A DNA stretch of 63,835 bases, the filler included, from Trichomonas gallinae (Eukaryota), in assembly GCA_008369845.1 (NCBI GenBank). It is 9 parts of 9 records of this genome, joined end to end, with 100 filler letters (N's around TTAATTAATTAA, not from the genome) between each part and the next. Parts side by side here need not be neighbours in the genome. Positions count along the whole stretch, not along the records: positions 45,090 to 48,095 come from MRSU01001580.1; positions 48,196 to 49,715 come from MRSU01001582.1; positions 49,816 to 58,930 come from MRSU01001583.1; 6 more parts are not named here. The stretch is one strand, 5' to 3'. Every line of letters begins with the position of its first letter. The first letter of the stretch is position 1. Positions 45,241 through 56,562 of this stretch are shown piece by piece. A model generated the notes under the pieces. That model saw only the letters and a list, made by a program, of their open reading frames with translations. It was not told where the DNA came from and searched no databases. The translations under genes and the position numbers were made by a program.

Positions 45241-46473
45241 ATGCCCCACAAAGATGAAAGAAGAATTGTACTTGCAAACAACGCAAATAATGCTCGCCAA
45301 GTGATGTTAGCAAGACGTCAAGAACAAAAAAGAAAATTGCTTTACAACATTGGAATAATTCTAATTGGAATCTTACTTGGATTATCTATTCCTGTTGTAT
45401 ATGCAATTGCTCACATTCATTCAGCACTAACAAACACGAAAAACATGTTTTTACGGTATCAACAAACTCAAAAAGAGTTAAATGACACAATTATTTTTTT
45501 GCAAGAGAAGTTGATTGCTTTGGCAAGAGAAGATTGTTTAAAGTTCCGTAAAAACTTAACAAACAATGCTATTATTGGACTAGACGGAAGTTGGGATCAT
45601 CCAAGACATGGCATGCATTGTGTTGTAGAGGCAATTGACACAGCTACGAACAAGATACTTGATTATGAGGTCGTCAAAGCTAATAACACGAAGAATAGAG
45701 CAGTTGCTTACTATATTGGAGCAAGTAATGGCATGGAACGTAACGCTACGCAGAAAATAATCGAAAGATTGAAGAGCGACAAGAGAATCATAGGCTATGT
45801 TCACGACAAAGATGCTAAAACAGCAAAAGATTTCCGAGATTTATGGGGAATCACTGAATACATCGATGCGAACCATGTTGGCAAAGCCTTTCGAAGATCA
45901 TTCAATTCTTATAACAGTGGTAATAGAAGAGGCTTCCCAAAAGGCTGCCTTGATGGTTTAGAAGATAGTTTACAAAGATTTTTGAAAGAACTTATCGGAA
46001 AAGACGTTAACGAAACAGAAAAAAAGCGATTATGGCAAAATGCTCTCAACCATTTTCAAGGCAACCATAAGCAATGCATTCACGCTGATTACAAGGATAA
46101 AGCTACAGAAGAGAAACATCTTGGGTCTTGGGCAAAAAATATTACGAATGAAAAAATCGAAATTTTAAAGAAATTTTTAACAGCAACAGAAAAATACCTT
46201 CTTAAAACAACATGGAGGTATAGTACATAAAGCAACGAAGCTTTTCATGCGTTAAAAGCCCTAATGATTAATAAAAAAATCTCCTGGGGACGCTCCTTCG
46301 AGTCTCGTATTGCATGTGCAGTTCTAAAATACAATCACCCTGAAGATTTTATTGATGTAATTGCAATTGCAAAAGGTTTAGGACTTGAAGAGATAAAAGA
46401 TGAATTGAAGCCATTAATGGATATTTTCTTAAAAAAGAGGAAGAAAACAAAGACCTGGAAGCTAAAAAAATAG
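45241..46473 (+). mobile_element. Mutator-like DDE transposase pseudogene
   Basis: LDGSWD, S.GME, VHDKD, DANH, NHFQGNHKQC, then YST*SNEAFH and RIACAVLKYN. The TAA at 46228-46230 is in frame with the downstream ORF. Confidence 0.8.
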
Positions 46474-47359
46474 GAAATCGGTACGACGACAAAAATTACG
46501 TTATTGTTGGGAAATTCGAAAAGATTATCTCTCTTCAAGCTTGTAGAAAATGTCTGGAAAACAATCTTACTAGGCAAAAACATGGTCGCTGTTTTAAGTT
46601 TTGAAATTTGATGAATTATTCAATTTTAGCAGAAGAAGGTTCATTTCCATTTCATCATAAACATTGTCTGTAATGGAAGATGCTCCAAAAAGTTTTCCCA
46701 AGCCTATTATCGCTGGAAGGCCAAAAGAGACACTTCATCAAGTGATGGGAAGAATGTATGTCGTTCCGAAGATAAAGGAAATTGGAAATTATTAGTGATT
46801 TATGTCTAAACTTTTGGTTTTTAAAAGAATTATCTCATATAAATATCAACCATCTATTGATTTTGTCTTATTTATGAATTGAAAAATTATTTATTGTGAA
46901 TCATAGTTTTTCCTTAAAATATTTAGTGCAATTGCGTTATTAAGATAGTGCTTATATAGTTATCGAGTTTTTTATTGACATGATAGACCATAGTGTCAGA
47001 AATGAGGTCATTAGTTCAGGCGAAACTTAATATCAAATTTATTGAAAAACTACAAGATACTCTTCTAAGTTGTCTGGATCAAATTCAAATTTTATCATGC
47101 ATGAATTTATACAGAATTTTAACTGAACATGTGATTGTGAAAAAATAATTAAGCTTTTAAAATCAAATGAAATGGATGAATTTTGTAATATAGAACTACT
47201 AGATCTATTTTCAGGTGACATTGAAATCATTAATATGATACAGTTACTCAACAATATCATGTGAACAATTTGTATTGTGATATCCAAAATCAAGATTATC
47301 GACTGATTATTTTGTGTGTTTCTTTCTCATATGGGATTATTGCTAATGTCTGATTTAAC

Positions 47360-48027
47360 ATTATATTGGAACACTTACAAGATATCTGGTGAATTGTTAG
47401 ATAGAAAGTTAGATGGTTTCGTATTATCAAATTCAAGTTATATCCGGTCTTCAACGAATTTCAATGAGGATACAATGAATTTGCTTCTGTCAACTGTTGA
47501 AACATGTGCTATTGTAGTAGAGATATGACAAGCAAGAACATCGACAACTGCATAATCAGCAGGATGGATGATGGTATTGGCCTCTTTACTGTCGAGGATT
47601 TCCTTAGCCTTATAGATTTCCGAGTTGTCAAGGACACCAAGTGTGAGGCTAGCAGCTTCATTATGGAAATCTAGAGATTTTGTATTTTTAACGCGATCCT
47701 CGATAAAGTAGTACTAGTTGCCGAGTTGCATAGATGGGGTGCATGGGAGACTGACAACTAGCGTGCTGGTGTCGTCGTTAAAGCGATATTCCACAATGGT
47801 ATATTGCCATCTTCAAATGATGTAGCATATGACTGGAGGTTATTCCAAGCTTCAAATTCTAGTGTCTTATCTTCTTCATCTGGGAAGGATTGCATGCTCT
47901 TCGTCGGCATTCTTAATATTCTCGTTTGTGGCAATATGATCATTCAACTCACCTCCTCCAGTTGTATGGTTCTGACTTTGTCCGGCCAAAGTGTCCAAGT
48001 TTAAAAATCCTGTGCCCTAATGTACAT
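47360..48027 (-). pseudogene. Degraded gene of unknown family
   Basis: TCATT initiator, ATG at 48027, then coding-like segments broken by stops and frameshifts (e.g. YYFIEDRVKNTKSLDFHNEAASLTLGVLD...). Confidence 0.35.
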
Positions 48028-48095
48028 TTTTTCAATGAATTTTTGAATTTTTATGAAAACTGTGTCATTGCCAAGAAAAAAAGCGAATTTAAATC

Positions 48096-48195
48096 NNNNN
48101 NNNNNNNNNNNNNNNNNNNNNNNNNNNNNNNNNNNNNNNTTAATTAATTAANNNNNNNNNNNNNNNNNNNNNNNNNNNNNNNNNNNNNNNNNNNN
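48096..48195. other. Artificial contig linker
   Basis: 44N-TTAATTAATTAA-44N. Confidence 0.98.
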
Positions 48196-48825
48196 GAGAA
48201 AGACATCACATTCACTGTTCCATCTGCTACAATCATGTTCATAGATATTGTCAGGTTCTCTGATTACGCAGCCAATTTGACACCGCAGCAAATCATGGGT
48301 AATCTTTCATTGATTTTCGACACATTCGACAAAAACTTGACCCAATATGATATGATTACAAAGATCAAATTAATTGGTGATGTCTACATGTGTGCTGCTG
48401 GCTTGTTCAATCCAGAAAGTCAACCAGCTGAACACGCACAGCAAATGCTCAAATTCGCTATAGATTGCTTAGGCGAACTCGAAAACATCAACGTCAGACT
48501 CGAGTCAATGCTAGCAGTCAGAATTGGTGTCAACACTGGCGGACCAATTATCGGTGGTATCTTGGGAACAGATAAGCCTGTTTTCGATATCATTGGAGAT
48601 CCAATCAACGTCGCAGCAAGATTGCAGTCCACTGACATTCCAGGAAAAGTGCAGATTCCTCAGTCAGTGTATGATCTTGTCCAGAAGATGGACTTCGAGA
48701 TTGAGAAGAGAGGTGAAGTCTTCCTTAAGGGCAAAGGCAATGTAATGACGTATTTGGTCTCACCAATCAACATTTTCAACATGGCATCAACAAATATCAC
48801 ATCATCAATGATGATTCGCAAATAA
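48196..48825 (+). CDS. Class III adenylate cyclase catalytic domain (3' part of a gene)
   Basis: TIMFIDIVRFS, KIKLIGDVYM, RIGVNTG, FDIIGDPINVAARLQ, KGKG. The K and D specificity residues indicate ATP. Confidence 0.93.
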   Translation, partial: EKDITFTVPSATIMFIDIVRFSDYAANLTPQQIMGNLSLIFDTFDKNLTQYDMITKIKLIGDVYMCAAGLFNPESQPAEHAQQMLKFAIDCLGELENINVRLESMLAVRIGVNTGGPIIGGILGTDKPVFDIIGDPINVAARLQSTDIPGKVQIPQSVYDLVQKMDFEIEKRGEVFLKGKGNVMTYLVSPINIFNMASTNITSSMMIRK

Positions 48826-48839
48826 TTTGTATATAATTG

Positions 48840-48933
48840 TTTGAGTATTCATGAAATGAATAAATATTTTCTTTTGAACTTGTTGTTCTTGTCTTTTAAG
48901 TAAATATATTTATTCATTTCATGAATATTCAAA
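48840..48933 (+). repeat. 28-bp-arm inverted repeat (hairpin) just after the cyclase stop codon
   Basis: 48840-48867 pairs with 48906-48933: 27 of 28 Watson-Crick pairs plus one G-U on the + strand. Confidence 0.85.
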
Positions 48934-49311
48934 TACATTCACTTAATTATTTTCGTATTATTTTCAAAATGGCGTGTAATATATATATGCATTACAATAA
49001 AGTCTGATATTAATTATCTCATTTACGTCTTTGATAAAAACTACTGATTCTGTCATCCATATAGCGCGGATACAAATGGTGGCACAATGATGCTTGCAGT
49101 CATCAATGATCAGTTTTTGTGGTTCGTGAAGATTCTTGAAAACTTCACTCGATAACTGCAGTTATTGGCATGAATAGAGCTGTGTTCATTAGCATGCACA
49201 TCTATTCCAACCAATATTTGAAGCATCAAGTTATCTCATTGAACCCTTCGGTGAGAATTGCAGATGAAACTGCATGAAAAAAAAAAAAAAAATAGATAAA
49301 CACAAGTTTTA

Positions 49312-49715
49312 CTACTGAGTAGGATTCATGGAAATAAGTAGATTGATGAGATCTGGGCCGGGGAAATCTGCCATAATACATCCAACTTTCTTTATATCCG
49401 TATTTGACTTCAAAAAGTTAATGAGCAAGTTATTTGTTCCTTCAAAAGCGATTGAAGCTAGACAAGTGGGGCCTTTTCTAGGAAGATCTTTCCATTTTGT
49501 TGATGATGGTGTACAAACATGCCCTGTTAAAAGACGAGGAGCTCTTGTCTGGTGACTGGACTGTCCGCTTGCTATGAAGTAAGGAAATGAAAGTCCAGAT
49601 CCTGACAAGAAGTTGAAGTAGATTTTTTCGCTTGCATCTTGGTTAGCTCTAATTGCATGTTCTTTAATTGCCTCCCATTTTTGATACAATTGCCAGTTGT
49701 GACCTATGTTGTATT
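49312..49715 (-). CDS. Bacterial-type phosphatidylinositol-specific phospholipase C, 3' part
   Basis: HNWQLYQKWEAIK, IYFNFLSGSG..FPYFIASG, APRLLTG, IAFEGTN, GCIMADFPG..LI. Frame is open to the gap. Confidence 0.8.
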
Positions 49716-49815
49716 NNNNNNNNNNNNNNNNNNNNNNNNNNNNNNNNNNNNNNNNNNNNTTAATTAATTAANNNNNNNNNNNNNNNNNNNNNNNNNNNNN
49801 NNNNNNNNNNNNNNN
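49716..49815. other. Artificial contig linker
   Basis: 44N-TTAATTAATTAA-44N. Confidence 0.98.
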
Positions 49816-49860
49816 GAAGTCGTCGAATACAAGAAGCTACTCGACAAGAACTTCCCTTAA
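49816..49860 (+). CDS. Last 14 codons of an unidentified gene
   Basis: EVVEYKKLLDKNFP* with C/G-ending codons, followed by an AT-rich 3' region. Confidence 0.45.
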   Translation, partial: EVVEYKKLLDKNFP

Positions 49861-50943
49861 AATTAATATTGTAATAAAAATGAAATAAACATTGATATAA
49901 AAAATAAAGGAAAATATTACTACAATCATTTTATATCATCTGAAGTTGCATTATTTTTAATATCCTATTATTTCAGGTCATAATTCCAAAAAAAAATCGA
50001 TTAGAATTAGCATTTTAACAAAATATTCTGATTTTACAACCTAAAATCTGCAAATTTATCGTGTTATTGCAAGAGTAATGAGATTTTATTTAGATCTCAA
50101 GCTTAGACATATCGATAATGAGAGTTTGTTTTTGACATGTAGATGATATTTGTTCGAAAGTCGGGTCTGAAACGAAATGTCACATAAGTCTACCAAAAAA
50201 TGGACTATCAGTTAGCACTTATCAATTATTGGTACTATCCGAATGAGATCCATTCATAAAACTTAGTATTCATGCAATTCATAATCGAGGTCGGGTTCGG
50301 CTAAAAATTTGACAACTCTTATATTTAAACTGATATTCAAAAGTCGGATCTGAAACCAAAGGTCACATAAAGGTATCTGACTTTTGGAACGCAGTTTAGA
50401 TTGTGAAATTTCGTTTTCTAACTTGTAAATAACATAATGTTTGACATGTAGATTATATAAATTCTGACGCGTAAATTAATCAAAATTCATTTCTGTCGTG
50501 TAAATAATAATATATTTGACATGTATATATTGAAATTATTTTTCATTCAAATTTTATTTTTCGATTTTTTCGTTCGAAAAATAATATTTGAATGTAAACA
50601 ATGACATTTTATTTTCACTTTTTTGAATTTTCAATTAATCATTTTTGACCTGCAAAATAATTTTGACGGGTAAATCTATCAAAATTTGGTTTATGTTATG
50701 TAAATTATTATATATTTGACATGTAAATAATTATCAGTTTGATGTGTAAAATAAGAAAATTTGATTTTTGACATGTAAATATGAAAATTTCGAATCTGCA
50801 GGAAAATCATAGTATTGCCGAGAATCTGCGTGGTGAAGTTCAATATTTGGTCTGTTTTGTGGAGCAGAATGGTGTGAAAACGATTTTGGTCATTGATTTC
50901 AGTCAGATGATTCTATAAAAAAATCAAAAAAAAATCAAAAATT

Positions 50944-52662
50944 TTGAAAGCGCTAGAAGATAGTTTGATCTCGTCGCCGTTGCCCGAGAATTCAGAGCAG
51001 GACCGAGAACCAGTGAATCCTGAGGACGTTGAAAAACTCCTCAAATCACTAGATCCCGAAAATGCCCATCAAAACTTGATTGATTTATTAAATACGCCAT
51101 TTAAAACATACATGTATTTGAAACGCACGCAAAAGACACGAATTTCGCCAAAACAATCCTTACCGAAAGTTGATGCCCTACCAAATCTCGACATTTTTAA
51201 AATCAATTTCCCTGTTCGAATTGCGAAAGTATCTCCTCAAGATCCAGGCAAAGATATAGTTAAATATACGATTAACGGTCCTACAAATTGTGTAGAAGAA
51301 TTCTGTAATAATTTAAATCATTTTTGTCGGCCTCTCGATGTAATAACAGCAGCATACCGTCTCAAAAAGATAGATTTCAAAGAGAAAGAGAGACTCGTCA
51401 AGTCTTTGGATCACAGGATATTCGACAACCCATCGAGAATCTTTTCTTTTGTTTCGAACGGTCTTTCGAACGGCCGCCTCATCAAAGACGAAAGCATTCA
51501 CTCGTACACGAAGAAGAAATACCCGATAGGTCCGCCTTCGTGCAAAGGAAGCGATTCTCTCGCTCAGGATCTCTTGAATCTTTATTATGTCGCCGTCGAA
51601 CAACGAACTTCTGCGAAATCCGGCAAACCACACATCATACAACAGGTCTCGAATGACCTTGAAGCTGTTGAAGACTTCCACGCTGCGATGGATGTCGAAA
51701 TTGCGAGAAACGAATCAGTTCGTCGCCATCTTATTGAATATCAGGATGATTATATATGGACAGCGCCTGATACGAGTGATGAAATGCTAACTTGCTGTGG
51801 AAAAGGAGGATGTGTGATGCTGAAATTAATTGATTATCATCCAGATCACGTAAATCACCGCATTGACGAAATTTTACATAGAAGATTAGTGAATTTAAGT
51901 GTCTCTCGAATTATTTCTAAGCCAAGGTGGAGTAGAACTCTTGAATTATATTTCCCAACATCAAGAGCCCATTTCCAGAAAACTCCGAAGCACATCAACG
52001 ATTATACAATATATAAAGACGTGCGGACACCTCTTCCCTTCTCGAAAGAGAACGTTTCATTCATTACTCTCATTTTTGACAAATTCTTCAATGAAAAAGT
52101 TGTTGATCCTAAGCCTCCGCCGCCAGAAGAGCTCAGCAAGTGGCGCGAAGCCATCACAAAGATGATACAGCTGCTCAGAATGCCAGATGAAATCCCGTTC
52201 GTCCTGAATTACTCTCAGGCAGTTCTCTTTTCGAGTCTCTGCATTTTGACGAACAAACTCGACGTCGTGAGGGCTATGATGGATAATCAAGCTGTCGGAC
52301 GAAAGATCCCGCTCGAGATAGGCATCACGGACGACACCATGGCTGGCGCTGAGAGAGTCTTCGAGATCGCAGTGCAGACGATCATCAACAAGAAGAAGAA
52401 ACTGAAAGATGGACTACTTGAAATCGCTGGCCTTTTCAGAAGAGTCGACATAACATTCATCGCAGAAATAATCAAGACGATGCTGCTCGCCATTAAAGCG
52501 ATGAAGCACTACGCGTCACCGACTCAGGACAAAGAAGGTGCGCTTGTAACTGCGACAATCAATGGAGACAGAGTTGACATGGCGCTGATCAACAACAAAG
52601 TTGGAGAACCTGTTATCTGTATCGACTTGGAACAATACAAACCAAAAGAAGGATTTAGATGA
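50944..52662 (+). CDS. Hypothetical protein, start uncertain
   Basis: Long ORF with coding-like composition. It opens on TTG; the first in-frame ATG is at 51112. Confidence 0.7.
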   Translation: MKALEDSLISSPLPENSEQDREPVNPEDVEKLLKSLDPENAHQNLIDLLNTPFKTYMYLKRTQKTRISPKQSLPKVDALPNLDIFKINFPVRIAKVSPQDPGKDIVKYTINGPTNCVEEFCNNLNHFCRPLDVITAAYRLKKIDFKEKERLVKSLDHRIFDNPSRIFSFVSNGLSNGRLIKDESIHSYTKKKYPIGPPSCKGSDSLAQDLLNLYYVAVEQRTSAKSGKPHIIQQVSNDLEAVEDFHAAMDVEIARNESVRRHLIEYQDDYIWTAPDTSDEMLTCCGKGGCVMLKLIDYHPDHVNHRIDEILHRRLVNLSVSRIISKPRWSRTLELYFPTSRAHFQKTPKHINDYTIYKDVRTPLPFSKENVSFITLIFDKFFNEKVVDPKPPPPEELSKWREAITKMIQLLRMPDEIPFVLNYSQAVLFSSLCILTNKLDVVRAMMDNQAVGRKIPLEIGITDDTMAGAERVFEIAVQTIINKKKKLKDGLLEIAGLFRRVDITFIAEIIKTMLLAIKAMKHYASPTQDKEGALVTATINGDRVDMALINNKVGEPVICIDLEQYKPKEGFR

Positions 52663-53172
52663 TGTAATTTTATATATTAATTTATTTTTTATATTATTAT
52701 AAACTTGCTTTTTTGATTCTGTATTTCAAAAATTATCATGTTTTTCAATTTGGAACATCCCTATTATTGATTATTGATTGAATAATCAAAAATTGAATTA
52801 CAATATTTGTTTTTCATAGCAAAATTCATAGCGGCTATAAATGAAAACTCTATATATTTTGAGGTCAGAATATTATATTACAATGTTTTCTAATTTTTGC
52901 AATTCTTCAATGTTTTTATTAACTGGTTGATCTTGTGCCTCTATGGGTACTATAAGGAATGGTAAATATTGACTATATTTGGTGCTATTTATAGCTGACA
53001 ATGTTGATCCCATGTTAGTATGGTAGATTTATAATTTAAATGCCATATTGATAAATATCTAATTTTATACTTAGCATTCACCACAAGTGCCATCTTTCTA
53101 AAAGATACAATGGAAAATTTTAAAAACATATTTAGTCTTTTATTAAACAAATAAAATTTTTGCGTGATTGTG

Positions 53173-54639
53173 TTATTGTGCGTTTTCATCGTCTGCCATT
53201 GCCTTGAGGAAGTTTTTCACAACTGATTGTAGCTTTGGCTTTATAGGGTTCTTCTTGAAGAATGCATCGAGTTTGAGTTCTTTGAATCTGTTCTTGCAGC
53301 GCTGGTACTTGCAAAGCTTTACAGCAACTAAAAGTGCTGAATCAGTGAACTCGCCGTTTTCTCTGATAATTTCTGCAACTTTGTCGCAAATAGAAACATA
53401 TTCTCTGACGTATGTGACCCTGCATATGGTGTCTGTGAGCAGGAGCTTTGAGTGCTGGGTGAGCCCATCATCACCATCTTCAGGAACATCATAGAACTGC
53501 TTAAGAAATCCGCTTTTTGACAAGTTCAATGCCAAATCTTTTGACAGAGGAACTCTGCGAATGATTGTGCAGGCTATGGGAACTACACCTGGCCTATCCA
53601 TCGATATAATTTGCTTGAGGAACTCCACGAAATCGGGGCTCTCTGCGATTTCCTCCCTCAAGTCTTTGTGGCGGAGAAGAACCAAAAACAACCTCAAAGT
53701 GTCGGTTGTCGTTGGAAGTTTTCTGTTGACCCATCCTGTCATTGAGAAAATCGTCTGTGCTGCTGTGAAAATGCAGCCGAGCTTCATGAGGATGAGCGTC
53801 GCCTTCACGTTCGTCTCAGCGACATCCATGAGGGCAGAAATAAGCTTCTTACTGGACGCGTCGTTTTCGTTTAATGTTGCGACGTTTAACATCGACAAAA
53901 CTGAATTTTGGAGCTCGGAGTCTTTTAGGTGCAGGGCGACTAAGTCTATCTGGAGGCCACCACCAGGGTAAAATTCCGCAATGGTGCAGAGTCCTCCGTA
54001 GCAAGAAATGAGTGATTGATTATCTGTCGCGCTCAGCATTGATATCATTTGGTTCCAGCAGTGCTGCGCTCTTCCACTTCTGTATTCGACGTATTTTTTA
54101 TTCAAAAAGGCCAGTAAACTGATGTAATCTGGTGCAACATTTGGAATGTTGAATAAAGCGCCTTCCTGGATGAGCAGATCAATCATAGGCCAAGGGTTTT
54201 CAATTTCAACGAAATGCTGGCAGTATAGTGCGATTATTGTTAACGATTTCTTTGGATTATGTTTGATTAAGTTTTGGAAGACAGCTGCAATTGATTCATC
54301 AATCATAATAGAACCGACTGTAACGATTATGTAGAATATTTCGAATATTGCGTCATGAAAACGTCTCTGATCTGTTGGAAGCATATTTGCAAAGCTTCCT
54401 TCAATGAAACAACGCAAATTTTCTTCATTTTTGAGGCAAAGCGATAATGTTTTGAGTATAGATTCGCCTGTTTCCGTCGGAATCTCATTATTTGTAAAAT
54501 GAGCTAAAATCGTTTTATAAAATAAACTCGCTTGCCTAACTTTTAACAGTGTTGGAGCCATCTCGAGTCCTTCCATGAAATTTTTGTTCGTCAATTTCTT
54601 AAAAACTTTGATATTTAAAGTATCCGTTGTTTCGCTCAT
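53173..54639 (-). CDS. ARM/HEAT-like helical repeat protein
   Basis: 488-aa Leu-rich amphipathic helical pattern. Confidence 0.65.
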   Translation of the reverse strand: MSETTDTLNIKVFKKLTNKNFMEGLEMAPTLLKVRQASLFYKTILAHFTNNEIPTETGESILKTLSLCLKNEENLRCFIEGSFANMLPTDQRRFHDAIFEIFYIIVTVGSIMIDESIAAVFQNLIKHNPKKSLTIIALYCQHFVEIENPWPMIDLLIQEGALFNIPNVAPDYISLLAFLNKKYVEYRSGRAQHCWNQMISMLSATDNQSLISCYGGLCTIAEFYPGGGLQIDLVALHLKDSELQNSVLSMLNVATLNENDASSKKLISALMDVAETNVKATLILMKLGCIFTAAQTIFSMTGWVNRKLPTTTDTLRLFLVLLRHKDLREEIAESPDFVEFLKQIISMDRPGVVPIACTIIRRVPLSKDLALNLSKSGFLKQFYDVPEDGDDGLTQHSKLLLTDTICRVTYVREYVSICDKVAEIIRENGEFTDSALLVAVKLCKYQRCKNRFKELKLDAFFKKNPIKPKLQSVVKNFLKAMADDENAQ

Positions 54640-55273
54640 TATTGTATTTAAATCCCCTATAATAGATTTTTAGACCCTTCATAAAAAGACGTTAAAAGGC
54701 TGCAAAAATTGAAATACAAAAATGATGCTTTACATGACAGATTTGTGTATTTTTGACAAATAAGGTTAAAATAAAAGAGGGGCCTGTACATAAAAATAAT
54801 TTGTAATTTTGACACTTTACGTGGCAAAGATATAACAAATCAAATCTCATATATTGTTGTCATAGGATCGTGCCTAGAATAATAATGGAGACTGGCGCAA
54901 TTTAGTGATATCTTGGCTAAAAATGCAAAATGTTTCAATCCAAAATAGAATATGCAAGCTCAATATCACTTTCACATTGATTTTTAAATGTGAATATGCA
55001 TGTATATTCCATTTTTGGTCACAAAAGCCTTTTTAGCACATATATATAAGCTAAAAAAAGTAAAATGCACAAGAATTAATCTGAAGTCATTGGGTTAATG
55101 AGAAAATCTCCGAATCAGATCAACAATAATCATTATATCATCATTATATGTTGAAAGTATACTTATAACACTAATTTTACCCCTAAATATTTAATGAAAT
55201 AGAAAGAGAGTTTTTACACATTATAACTGGTGATTCATATGCTATAGCATATGTACAGAATAAACATTCAATA

Positions 55274-55774
55274 TCAAAGATCAAAAATGACGTCAAGTTC
55301 ATTGGGTAATGGAAAGTCGAGTACAGAAAGGTTTGAATCAAATATTGACTTGCTTTCATCATCTATATGAGAGCAATTAATCATTTCTTGTACAACTTCT
55401 CTGTCACTCGCCGTTCGTTTTGGTGGATTTTCGAGCGAGTATTTTCTTTTCAAAGAATTCCATTTGTTTTTAATTTGTACATCATTCCTACCTGGGAAAA
55501 GAGTAGCTATTTTCGTCCATTTACGACCATATATATTAACATATTCGATCAACTTGCTTTCTTCTTTGCTTGTCCATACGGATGTATTTATATCTGGTGA
55601 TAGATAGTAAAACCATCTATCATGGCATTGCCTGACGTTTCTGTTCGGCATGTGTTTTGAGATTTCCTCCCAGCTGCTCTCTCCATGTATGCTAACTAGC
55701 TTTACAAGTCGAGAGTCTTCCTCAGCAGTGAATTTGAATTTCCTTGTTGTACCATGCTTCTCAGATTTCATCAT
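55274..55774 (-). CDS. R2R3 Myb DNA-binding protein
   Basis: KFTAEEDSRL..W..I...MPNRNVRQCHDRW..YL.P and WT..EE..L....YGRKW..IA..FPGR....IKNKW. TCACT lies next to the ATG at 55774. Confidence 0.93.
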   Translation of the reverse strand: MMKSEKHGTTRKFKFTAEEDSRLVKLVSIHGESSWEEISKHMPNRNVRQCHDRWFYYLSPDINTSVWTSKEESKLIEYVNIYGRKWTKIATLFPGRNDVQIKNKWNSLKRKYSLENPPKRTASDREVVQEMINCSHIDDESKSIFDSNLSVLDFPLPNELDVIFDL

Positions 55775-56562
55775 TAGTGAAATGAGTTTAAAAAACTTCT
55801 TCAAATTTTGAAAATATAATATTTATGTGTAGCTCAGTTCATTCTATTTTGATTTTTTGACAATTTTTATTTCAATATTGAAATGTTTACGTCATCTTCA
55901 ATTTATTTTATCTGTATTAAACCATTGTATATATCTAATCAAGATTAAATAATTAAGAAAAATATATTATTAAGAAAAATTGATGCAATAAAACGGCTGA
56001 TTTTACTTTGAAAAAATCGAGGAGGTTCCAGCTATTAAGCAGTCATGATTATTTTTATAGCATAACATGTATAGAATTTACATGGCAGAATCCATTTTTG
56101 AAAATTAATAAAAACAAAGCTTCTATATAATAATGGATATTTTTGAATATCGTCATTTAATTTACATGGCAAAATAGTTAAAATCTTGATCAAATTCATG
56201 AAGCAGTTCGAATTACTGAATTAGGTAAATTACAAACGATCCAATGATGTGCAAGGAAAAATCAAAATGTGATTAATGACTTCAGGAATGTTGCATTTCC
56301 AAGCAAAAACAATAAAATTTCAAAATTTGACTTGAGATTTAGAATTTGACAATTTAAATTTACGGGCGCAATAGCTAGTTCTAAATTTAGTTAAATATGA
56401 ATAATTTCTCATTTCAAATAGATTATTCATAAATAATTGTATTAAATTCCTTTGCCATCAATATGCTTTATCCTTGATTTTGTTATTTTCCATTTCCAAT
56501 CTGTCTTGTAAATGACAAAAAATAGTTTATGTGTCAATCTGATTTTCAAAAAGTGCACAAAA

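Noticed and set aside
46228..46230. TAA read as Gln (alternative genetic code)
   Set aside because: TAA ends many intact genes here at the expected positions (thioredoxin, enolase, SMC2, eL22), so this is an ordinary nonsense mutation.
49020..49295. Coding-like stretch between the cyclase and PI-PLC genes
   Set aside because: The minus-strand frames I read are broken by stops and no family could be recognised. The same applies to 1650-2500 and 11620-11950.
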